From the IMG/VR virus record IMGVR_UViG_2872158770_000006: a stretch of DNA of 39,775 nt, one strand, 5' to 3'. Shown piece by piece: positions 1 through 7,254 of the stretch. The first letter of the stretch is position 1. Every line of letters begins with the position of its first letter. Both the position numbers and the translations under genes were made by a program. The notes under the pieces are model-generated. The model was not told where the DNA came from. It searched no databases and saw only the letters and a program-made list of their open reading frames with translations. This stretch comes from a virus. Its lineage: Duplodnaviria; Heunggongvirae; Uroviricota; Caudoviricetes.

Positions 1-981
1 CTAACGTCCTGCTTTTAACAATAACCAGATAAACACCGGCGCACCCAACGTTGCGGTGACCACGCCAATAGGCAGCTCTGCGGCAGCTAATGCCAGGCGC
101 GCTACAATATCGGCCAGCAGCACTGCGCTCGCCCCTGCCAGCGCGCAGCCGGGAAGTAATACGCGATGATCGGTTAAACCACACAACCGAAGAATATGTG
201 GGATCACCAGACCAATAAAGCCGATAGCACCCGCCAGCGCCACACTGACGCCAACCATCCAGCCGGTCGCTGCCACCAGCACATTGCGCCAGAACCACAG
301 GGGTAAACCCAGTTGCCGCGCCGAGATCTCGCCAAGTGCTAACATATTCATCGGCCTGGACTGACAACAGATCCACAACAACACGGGGATCAATGCCAGC
401 ATCAGCCAGCTTTGCCGCCAGTCTACGCCGCCAAAACCGCCCATCATCCAGTACATCAGCTGACGTAAATCAACAGAGGTGGAAAAGTAGATAGCCCACG
501 TCATTAGTGCGCTACAGATAATCCCTAATGCAACGCCAGCCAGCAATAACCGACTGGTCGAAAGATGACGACGGGCGAAACGTAAGAGTATTAAAGTGAT
601 GATAAGCGCGCCAGCAATCGCACACAGCCCTAGCGCCCAGTTGGGGAGTTGCCCTTGCCCAAGCAATACCGCGGCGATAAGCCCCACGCCTGCGCCGTTA
701 GAGACGCCAAGTAGTCCAGGTTCTGCCAGAGGATTTTCAAACAACGCCTGCATTACAGCGCCGGATATAGCCAGCGCCGCACCAACCAGCAATACAGCCA
801 GCGTACGTGGCAGGCGAATTTGCCAGACGAACAGTTCGCCACGAGGAGTAAACCAGTCACCTGGCGAAATCCATTGTTCACCGGCGCAAAGGCTTAAGAG
901 AAGCGCCAGCAGCATCAAAACTGACAGGCATAATAACCAGCGAATATTTTGTCGCTGTTGTTGGCGGGCAAGTGTCAGCAT
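1..981 (-). CDS. btuC: Vitamin B12 ABC transporter permease BtuC (FecCD family), complete, host gene
   Basis: 326-aa translation recognised as E. coli BtuC over its full length ([17 protein letters not shown]...); polytopic hydrophobic profile; stop codon at 1-3 on the minus strand. Confidence 0.9.
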   Translation of the reverse strand: MLTLARQQQRQNIRWLLCLSVLMLLALLLSLCAGEQWISPGDWFTPRGELFVWQIRLPRTLAVLLVGAALAISGAVMQALFENPLAEPGLLGVSNGAGVGLIAAVLLGQGQLPNWALGLCAIAGALIITLILLRFARRHLSTSRLLLAGVALGIICSALMTWAIYFSTSVDLRQLMYWMMGGFGGVDWRQSWLMLALIPVLLWICCQSRPMNMLALGEISARQLGLPLWFWRNVLVAATGWMVGVSVALAGAIGFIGLVIPHILRLCGLTDHRVLLPGCALAGASAVLLADIVARLALAAAELPIGVVTATLGAPVFIWLLLKAGR

Positions 982-1040
982 GGTATCCGTTCTGCTGAAG
1001 TGTCATGGCGTTGATTTTACGGTGACTCTTCGACAGTGAA

Positions 1041-1064
1041 AAGAAAAAAGGCCGCAGAGCGGCC
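1041..1064 (-). terminator. Rho-independent terminator-like hairpin between the prophage int-side operon and btuC
   Basis: Minus-strand reading gives GGCCGCTCTGCGGCC (stem-loop, 1050-1064) followed by TTTTTTCTT (1041-1049). Confidence 0.5.
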
Positions 1065-1173
1065 ATAAACACAAACAAAAATCAATAAGTTAGGTAATTA
1101 TCAAAGACTTACAGACACACAAAAACACAGCCAACCACAACAAATAACAGAGATGTGGTCAATTTGTGGATCA

Positions 1174-1728
1174 TCAGCCAACAAATTTAGCAACAAATAC
1201 AGCAACCGCCGCTGTGAAAATGGTTGTGCACACTGGCACAATAATGCCACTCCAACGCCACTTCGTATTATCATCAACCTTGTCAAACCGCCGATTCATC
1301 TCATCCATAATCTTGTCAAAGCGTTTATCCATCGCTTCGGTAAGCTCACCCTTCAGGCTGTTAATGTCTGATTTGAGCTGCTCTTTCAGGTTAGCTGTAT
1401 CAGATTTAAGCTCACCTTTCAGATTCGCAATATCGCATTCAAGATCACCTTTCAGATGTGCTATGTCTGCTTTGAGTTCACCTTTCACCTCACCAACATC
1501 GGCTTTAGTTGAGAGGTTTGTAGTGCGTTCAGCAAGCGTCGCAAGGTCGTTTCTTGTTAGCGATAAATCACCTTCGAGCCGCTCAATTCGCCTTTCAAGT
1601 TTATCTGACATTCCGCCTCCACTACTGCCGCCATCGCCACCATGATAAAGCACATCACGCTCAGAATGCGACACACTACCTGCTGAATTACCGAAAAGAT
1701 TTCTTGCTACATTACCCATTATCACCAT
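1174..1728 (-). CDS. Tail-anchored coiled-coil membrane protein with five 11-residue repeats; function unknown, cargo gene
   Basis: ORF with Gly/Ser-rich N-terminus, about 100 aa of heptad/hendecad repeats (LKGDLECDIAN / LKGELKSDTAN / LKEQLKSDINS / LKGELTEAMDK) and a C-terminal TM helix (WSGIIVPVCTTIFTAAVAVFVAKFVG). Alternative starts at 1719 (ATG overlapping the upstream stop, ATGGGTAA) and 1611 (ATG with GGAGG 7 nt upstream). AT-rich codon usage. Confidence 0.55.
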   Translation of the reverse strand: MVIMGNVARNLFGNSAGSVSHSERDVLYHGGDGGSSGGGMSDKLERRIERLEGDLSLTRNDLATLAERTTNLSTKADVGEVKGELKADIAHLKGDLECDIANLKGELKSDTANLKEQLKSDINSLKGELTEAMDKRFDKIMDEMNRRFDKVDDNTKWRWSGIIVPVCTTIFTAAVAVFVAKFVG

Positions 1729-2212
1729 CCTGCGCTTTGTCTTTCTCCAACCACTTCAGCACCGCAGACGTACGATAAAGGCTCAGGTAACCACAATTCA
1801 GGCAATGCAGCGTGTAATAAGTTTTGCGCATATCAGGTATGCTCTTAACATCACCCAAAAAAGCATAAGATACATAATGCTTTATGTTCTCTTTAATTAA
1901 CTCACTCTGTTCCTCCAGGGGTAGATTGTTAAAATTTTCTGGTTTCTTATTTTTATCCCAGCAAAGATCCATACTTTCTGGAACAGATAATCGCGACGAT
2001 CCACATGAAGGGCAGACACTGGAGACCCCCTTCTCAGACAAGAAACGGAAGAAGATTTCTGGCGTAATCTCCATCAGCCGCTCTTTATGTTTTTTGACAC
2101 GACTCATCGACTTCTTATTGATTTCATCAGCTTCTTCTTTGCATTTATCTTCTATATATTTCGATAGTAAATAGTCATATAACTCTTTTTTTGTAGGTTT
2201 TTTTATTTCCAT
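1712..2212 (-). CDS. Zinc-ribbon protein (two CxxC pairs); function unknown, cargo gene, translationally coupled to int
   Basis: 166-aa ORF with CPSCG and CLNCG motifs; ATG at 2212 lies 2 nt after the int stop (2215-2217) with GGGAGG 8 nt upstream inside the int 3' end; very AT-rich. Confidence 0.6.
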   Translation of the reverse strand: MEIKKPTKKELYDYLLSKYIEDKCKEEADEINKKSMSRVKKHKERLMEITPEIFFRFLSEKGVSSVCPSCGSSRLSVPESMDLCWDKNKKPENFNNLPLEEQSELIKENIKHYVSYAFLGDVKSIPDMRKTYYTLHCLNCGYLSLYRTSAVLKWLEKDKAQDGDNG

Positions 2213-2214
2213 AG

Positions 2215-3192
2215 TTACATTCCTCCCAAGGGATTAAACCTCACCGCATCCTGCAAGTAATCCGGCGCAAGATGGGCATAAATCATCGTTGTCTGAATCT
2301 TTGCGTGCCCCAGAATTTTCTGGAGCGTCAGAATATTGCCGCCGTTCATCATGAAATGACTGGCGAAGGTGTGGCGCAGCGCATGAACAGCCTGGCCGTC
2401 AGGAACATCAGGTGCGACCGTTTTGATGACATCGCGAACCAATGAATAATCCAGCGTCGGAAACACCAGTTTCCCGCCCCGTTTTTTGATCTTTTCAAAC
2501 AGGCTTTCAGAAATAGGAACGGTACGGTTTTTGCTGTTCTTCGTTTTTGAAAAAGTGATTCGACAATGAAGAACACGGCGCTGCTCCAGTGCCGCTACCT
2601 CGCCCCATCGCGCCCCGGTCGACAGAAGGATTTCGACGGCCAGCCGTTCATCGGGATTTTCAGCCAGTGCATCCAGCAACTGAACACATTCAGACTTACT
2701 CAGATATCCCATTTCACGCTCGTTAACCTTCATTCCTTTAAGGCCTTGAACGGGGTTATCGTTAAGAAAATGGCCGGATGAGATGAGTGCGGTAAACATC
2801 GCGCTTAACGCCCCAATCTCTCGATTTATGGTGCTGGGCTGTATCCCCTGCTCTATCCTGGACACACGTAGCTCGGTGAGCATCGTTGTATTAAGTTTAT
2901 GCACGCACGGGTCATCCATTGCCTCACTCAAGCGCAGCAATTTAAGGCGCGTGTTATGCCCTGACTTCATTAGCTGGCCGTGGTATTTCCACCACAAGTC
3001 AATAAGCACTGACAGCGGACGGCGATCAATGGAGTTTCCTTTCCACTCATTGTTATGCTGTTGCGCCAGCACCCACCGCTCATATAAAACTGCATCCGAT
3101 TTCGTTTTAAATTTTTTGCGAATGCGTTTGCCTTTACGCCCCTCAGGACGCATGTCAAGAAGATACCCTCCCGGAATTGATTTTATGCTCAT
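2215..3192 (-). CDS. int: P2-type tyrosine integrase
   Basis: C-terminal catalytic region HALRHTFASHFMMNGGNILTLQKILGHAKIQTTMIYAHL (R-H-R-Y tyrosine recombinase signature); N-terminus MSIKSIPGGYLLDMRPEGRKGKRIRKKF aligns with the P2 Int N-terminus; the longer ORF to 3342 is probably a read-through artefact. Confidence 0.9.
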   Translation of the reverse strand: MSIKSIPGGYLLDMRPEGRKGKRIRKKFKTKSDAVLYERWVLAQQHNNEWKGNSIDRRPLSVLIDLWWKYHGQLMKSGHNTRLKLLRLSEAMDDPCVHKLNTTMLTELRVSRIEQGIQPSTINREIGALSAMFTALISSGHFLNDNPVQGLKGMKVNEREMGYLSKSECVQLLDALAENPDERLAVEILLSTGARWGEVAALEQRRVLHCRITFSKTKNSKNRTVPISESLFEKIKKRGGKLVFPTLDYSLVRDVIKTVAPDVPDGQAVHALRHTFASHFMMNGGNILTLQKILGHAKIQTTMIYAHLAPDYLQDAVRFNPLGGM

Positions 3193-3241
3193 TCGTGAAG
3201 CCCCAGCGTTACAAGACCACCATGCCCCCAGCGTTCCATGA

Positions 3242-3553
3242 TTAGCCGGGCTGTGTGCCAGTCTTGCGGGATTTTTGAGAAGACGATGTGTTTTCTGGCC
3301 CATCAGGGGAGAGAGAAGGACTGATCTGCCCAGCAGCCTCATTTGTTTCGTTACTCATCAACCACGTAGTGTATTTTTTAAATTCCGGGTGCATTGTGAT
3401 TTTCAGTAAAACCTCCGTTCCCACACCTCGAATACCAGTCTCGTATTGCTTAACCGTACCAACCGCAATACCTATTGAATCCGCGAACTTTGCCTGACTA
3501 AGCCCCTCAGATTCTCGAATTGCTTTTAGCTTCTTTGATATCTCTATTGACAT
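3242..3553 (-). CDS. C: P2 C-type immunity repressor (HTH)
   Basis: 103 aa from ATG at 3553; HTH segment LSQAKFADSIGIAVGTVKQYETG and C-terminal ...KYTTWLMSNE...GQISP...SQKSRKTG resemble P2 C; divergent from the cox-like gene. Confidence 0.8.
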   Translation of the reverse strand: MSIEISKKLKAIRESEGLSQAKFADSIGIAVGTVKQYETGIRGVGTEVLLKITMHPEFKKYTTWLMSNETNEAAGQISPSLSPDGPENTSSSQKSRKTGTQPG

Positions 3554-3648
3554 GGTGTGCACCTGAATACTATATTGGTTATCAGTTGAGTACCACTTGA
3601 CGCTACAAAGAGCCACAAATAGCACCAGATTGAATAGGTTATCACACC
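3554..3648. promoter_or_regulatory. Divergent C / early-operon control region (probable Pc/Pe promoters and operators)
   Basis: 95-bp intergenic region between divergent repressor and cox-like starts; repeated GGTTATCA motif (two copies) and AGCCACAAATAGCACC / ACCACTTGACGC repeats. Confidence 0.4.
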
Positions 3649-3927
3649 ATGGCAAAAGTCCTTAACACATACGAACAAGCGGATTTTGAGCGTTTGGCGG
3701 CGTTCTACCCATACCGTAATGAACATGGGCTACCGGTACTTGAAGAAAGCCTAGAGGATTATGCGAAACGCACAAATCAAAGCATTCTCGCTGTAAGAAG
3801 GCAGGCTGATAGATCGGTAATTCCCGTTACTCAAGAAGGAAGAAACACAAAACGCAAAGTAAATCTCTTCGCAATTTTCCTGAAAACCATCAGAAACGCA
3901 GAGAAATACGTGCAGATGACAAAATAA
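3649..3927 (+). CDS. cox: Cox/Apl-like excisionase / early regulator (putative)
   Basis: 92-aa ORF, first gene of the rightward early operon opposite the repressor, as in P2/186; no recognisable sequence identity claimed. Confidence 0.5.
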   Translation: MAKVLNTYEQADFERLAAFYPYRNEHGLPVLEESLEDYAKRTNQSILAVRRQADRSVIPVTQEGRNTKRKVNLFAIFLKTIRNAEKYVQMTK

Positions 3928-3941
3928 CGAGGTGTCATTTT

Positions 3942-4217
3942 ATGCTGAAGCAACGCCGTAATTTTTGTACCGGAACAGAACGCCACGCTAACCGTTTCAC
4001 TACCAGTGCATCACGCAGCAACATCCGCTACAGCCTGAGTGATACACACGCAACGCCGGATGGCTACCCAGTAAAACAAATCGGCGAGCACGCCTGGCTG
4101 ATTGAGAAAGCTGGAATCGTGATCCACAAATGCCCACGCAATCCGTTTACCGGAAACCGCATTTTTGCACTGAGCTGTGGCGACAATCAGTTCGGGCAGG
4201 ATTTCACATTGAGGTAG
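3942..4217 (+). pseudogene. Early-operon gene interrupted by the IS600-like insertion; 3' end resumes after the IS at about 5477-5551
   Basis: ORF with GAGGTG RBS runs into the IS left end; removing the IS and one copy of the 3-bp duplication restores an about 111-aa ORF ending ...FTLYEALRTVDRLLRGQSFIKQADL. Confidence 0.55.
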
Positions 4218-4273
4218 CCTGAGTTTAACGGACACTCCTTCCTGAAATAGAATGGCATCAGAAGGAGCTAATA

Positions 4274-4576
4274 ATGAGCAGAAAAACCCAACGTTACTCT
4301 AAAGAGTTCAAAGCCGAAGCTGTCAGAACGGTTCTTGAAAATCAACTTTCGATCAGTGAAGGCGCTTCCCGATTATCTCTTCCTGAAGGCACTTTAGGAC
4401 AATGGGTTACCGCCGCCAGAAAAGGGCTCGGTACTCCTGGTTCCCGCACGGTGGCTGAACTGGAATCTGAAATTCTGCAACTGCGTAAGGCGTTAAATGA
4501 AGCTCGCCTTGAGCGAGATATATTAAAAAAAGCAACAGCGTATTTTGCACAGGAGTCGCTGAAAAATACGCGTTAA
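4274..4576 (+). CDS. IS3-family transposase OrfA (HTH/leucine zipper)
   Basis: 100-aa MSRKTQRYSKEFKAEAVRTV... typical of IS3-family OrfA; A7G slippery run at 4525-4532. Confidence 0.85.
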   Translation: MSRKTQRYSKEFKAEAVRTVLENQLSISEGASRLSLPEGTLGQWVTAARKGLGTPGSRTVAELESEILQLRKALNEARLERDILKKATAYFAQESLKNTR

Positions 4577-4611
4577 TCGAACAATGGCGACAACAATTTC
4601 CCATTGAAGCG

Positions 4612-5430
4612 ATGTGTCAGGTATTTGGTGTATCCAGGAGCGGTTATTACAACTGGGTACAGCATGAACCCTCAGACAGAAAACAAAGTGATGAGCGGCT
4701 AAAACTGGAGATTAAGGTGGCACATATCCGCACTCGCGAAACATATGGAACCCGGCGGCTCCAGACGGAGCTGGCAGAGAATGGCATCATCGTTGGTCGT
4801 GACCGACTGGCACGTCTTCGTAAGGAGCTAAGGCTACGCTGTAAGCAGAAACGCAAGTTCAGAGCGACTACGAACTCGAACCACAATCTGCCAGTTGCGC
4901 CAAATCTGCTGAACCAGACGTTCGCTCCTACAGCACCAAATCAGGTCTGGGTGGCGGACCTGACGTATGTTGCCACACAGGAGGGATGGTTGTACCTCGC
5001 TGGCATCAAAGATGTTTATACGTGCGAAATTGTCGGCTACGCCATGGGAGAGCGCATGACAAAAGAGCTGACAGGTAAAGCCCTGTTTATGGCGCTCAGG
5101 AGCCAGCGCCCACCTGCCGGGCTAATCCACCACTCTGATCGAGGTTCACAGTACTGCGCATACGATTACCGGGTCATACAGGAGCAGTCTGGTCTGAAAA
5201 CATCAATGTCGCGTAAAGGTAACTGTTACGACAACGCTCCGATGGAAAGCTTCTGGGGAACGCTGAAAAATGAGAGCCTGAGCCACTATCGTTTTAATAA
5301 CCGGGATGAAGCCATCTCAGTAATACGGGAATACATTGAGATTTTCTACAATCGTCAGCGTCGTCACTCTCGTCTGGGGAATATCTCCCCGGCAGCCTTC
5401 AGGGAAAAATATCATCAGATGGCTGCTTAA
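4612..5430 (+). CDS. IS3-family transposase OrfB (DDE catalytic domain), -1 frame relative to OrfA
   Basis: 272-aa with DDE/rve integrase core motifs (…HSDRGSQY…, …YDNAPMESFWGTLK…); frame extends upstream of the first Met to the frameshift site. Confidence 0.85.
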   Translation: MCQVFGVSRSGYYNWVQHEPSDRKQSDERLKLEIKVAHIRTRETYGTRRLQTELAENGIIVGRDRLARLRKELRLRCKQKRKFRATTNSNHNLPVAPNLLNQTFAPTAPNQVWVADLTYVATQEGWLYLAGIKDVYTCEIVGYAMGERMTKELTGKALFMALRSQRPPAGLIHHSDRGSQYCAYDYRVIQEQSGLKTSMSRKGNCYDNAPMESFWGTLKNESLSHYRFNNRDEAISVIREYIEIFYNRQRRHSRLGNISPAAFREKYHQMAA

Positions 5431-5557
5431 AAAAAGAACAAATGGTAGTGTCCGCTATTGCCAGTACACCTCACATTATACGAAGCACTTCGCACGGTTG
5501 ATCGTCTGCTTCGCGGGCAAAGTTTTATTAAACAGGCTGATTTATAACAGGTGCTTT

Positions 5558-5845
5558 ATGACCAAAGACAATGCACAAGGTGTATTTATCCGTTTTATTG
5601 ATTTTCGCGGTGAACTGTTATTACGTGCATCCGCTATTGACGGAGTGACTCCGGCGGGTAAAAACGGAGCCGACGAAGCCACTTACGTTTATCTGAACGG
5701 CACGCGACTGCTTGTGGAACTTCCGTACCAGACCGTACGAGAAATCATCAGCGAAGATGAAAAGGCACGCCAGGTTAATGGCGATGAACCCTATATCGAA
5801 ATTATTTGTATGGATTCAGAAGCTGAAATACAGAAAGCAGATTAA
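5558..5845 (+). CDS. Hypothetical early protein
   Basis: 95-aa ORF from ATG at 5558 in the early operon; no recognisable motif. Confidence 0.45.
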   Translation: MTKDNAQGVFIRFIDFRGELLLRASAIDGVTPAGKNGADEATYVYLNGTRLLVELPYQTVREIISEDEKARQVNGDEPYIEIICMDSEAEIQKAD

Positions 5846-5856
5846 AGGGCGTTGTG

Positions 5857-6099
5857 ATGGGCAAAGAATATAAAACTCTCATTAACAAAGCACTTGAGCG
5901 TTTTTATTTTCGCTTAAGTGCATCAGGCGCTCATGCTGAACGTGCGGCCCGTGACTCATTGACCAGAGCAATCCGAAGTCTGTATGACGTGGCTTTTTAC
6001 GCTGATGATCTGGATGCACTTAACGAACTTTCCGAGCTGATCTGTGCCGCAGAATGCGGGGAACATATTGAACCGTATAAGCTGGGAAATATCGCATGA
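5857..6099 (+). CDS. Hypothetical early protein
   Basis: 80-aa ORF, tightly packed in the early operon. Confidence 0.45.
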   Translation: MGKEYKTLINKALERFYFRLSASGAHAERAARDSLTRAIRSLYDVAFYADDLDALNELSELICAAECGEHIEPYKLGNIA

Positions 6100-6209
6100 G
6101 TATATTTATTTCATGGCTTGTTCTGATTATTTCGGTGGTCTGCGCCATTGGGATTATGCGAATTATTAATTCAGTAAAAAAGATTGAACGCTTTTTCACT
6201 GAAGAATAA
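6096..6209 (+). CDS. Small single-TM peptide (37 aa), putative
   Basis: ATG overlaps the upstream stop (ATGA); MSIFISWLVLIISVVCAIGIMRIINSVKKIERFFTEE is one hydrophobic helix plus a charged tail. Confidence 0.3.
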   Translation: MSIFISWLVLIISVVCAIGIMRIINSVKKIERFFTEE

Positions 6210-6295
6210 CCGCGCAAATAAGACCCCAGGTTAAATAAGAAAATGTGAAAACAATCCGCATTCGCGGAGGTATTCGCACACGCCAAGGAGGCGTA

Positions 6296-6499
6296 ATGGC
6301 AATTAAGCATTTTCCTGTCGTTCGTTTCACCTCCAGAGGACGTGAATACGAAGTTGACGAACGCCTGATTACCACAATCGACAAACACCGTTCAGAAAAG
6401 GATGCACATCATATCTATCTCACTGACGGCACTTACTTCTGCGCCACCAACGTGGTGCAGGTGAATCTTATCAGACAGGTACAGGAGTCACGCAGATGA
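6296..6499 (+). CDS. Hypothetical early protein
   Basis: 67 aa from ATG with AAGGAGG RBS; stop overlaps the next start. Confidence 0.45.
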   Translation: MAIKHFPVVRFTSRGREYEVDERLITTIDKHRSEKDAHHIYLTDGTYFCATNVVQVNLIRQVQESRR

Positions 6500-6741
6500 C
6501 CATTCTGGACTACATCGCTGCCAATCCGGGTTGTAGCAGTGGAGAAATCGCCGCAGCACTGAATACACCAACCACAACCATTAATGCGGAGCTACGCCGT
6601 CTCTGGCGCAGCGGTTTAGTCACAAGAAAAGAGCGCAAAACAGGCGGTCGCTTTTCTTATCAGGTAAACCTGATGCCGTTTGGGTGTAGCAACCCACTAA
6701 CCCAGATGTTCAACCAGCTACTGAGGGAAATCAGAGCATGA
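6496..6741 (+). CDS. Small winged-helix DNA-binding protein (putative)
   Basis: 81 aa; GCSSGEIAAALNTPTTTINAELRRLWRSGLV resembles a wHTH recognition helix and wing. Confidence 0.45.
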   Translation: MTILDYIAANPGCSSGEIAAALNTPTTTINAELRRLWRSGLVTRKERKTGGRFSYQVNLMPFGCSNPLTQMFNQLLREIRA

Positions 6742-6882
6742 GCACCTCCAACTGCCGGAAACCACGTCGGGCTTCAGCAGCTCATCCGGCAGCAAAACAA
6801 ACTCCATTAATTCCTGTTCCGGGCCTTTCCTGCACCTTGCGGCGGGAGGCCTTCGCACATCTGTAACAAGAGGATTGCCGCA

Positions 6883-7248
6883 ATGATTCTCGCCAACGAC
6901 TTTCTTGAATACCTGCTCAACACAGAGCGTGATCTTGCCGCTCGCGTGCGTGATCGTTATGACATGTACCTGAAATCCCTGCCTGTACCGCAGCTCGCTG
7001 ACGGAAAGATTGTTATTGATGGTCGCTACATGATTGACAGCCACGAGGGAAATTACAGGCTTTACCGCATTGAAGGTGGCACCCCGTCCGTTATTGGCAT
7101 TTACCAGCGCCCATCCTCTGCAATCGTCGATGTGATTGCCGACAGCATCCGCATCACACATCGCCATGCCGACACAGAAGACACCGTGCTGGAAATTCAG
7201 CGGCTGGCTACAGTCTGCCGCGACACCCTGAATGGCATGACGAAGTAA
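6883..7248 (+). CDS. Hypothetical early protein immediately upstream of A
   Basis: 121-aa ORF in the operon position occupied by B-like genes in P2-family phages; no identity claimed. Confidence 0.4.
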   Translation: MILANDFLEYLLNTERDLAARVRDRYDMYLKSLPVPQLADGKIVIDGRYMIDSHEGNYRLYRIEGGTPSVIGIYQRPSSAIVDVIADSIRITHRHADTEDTVLEIQRLATVCRDTLNGMTK

Positions 7249-7254
7249 ATCACT

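Larger units (their letters stand above)
4210..5473 (+). mobile_element. IS3-family insertion sequence, IS600-like, 1264 bp, flanked by 3-bp target duplication CAT
   Basis: Ends TGAGGTAGCC...(left) and ...GTACACCTCA (right) form imperfect terminal inverted repeats with TG/CA termini; CAT at 4207-4209 and 5474-5476; orfA/orfB with -1 frameshift window. Confidence 0.85.

Noticed and set aside
982-1173. tRNA gene at the integration site
   Set aside because: The region lacks tRNA-like conserved stems and the CCA/T-loop motif; P2-type integrases also do not usually target tRNA genes.
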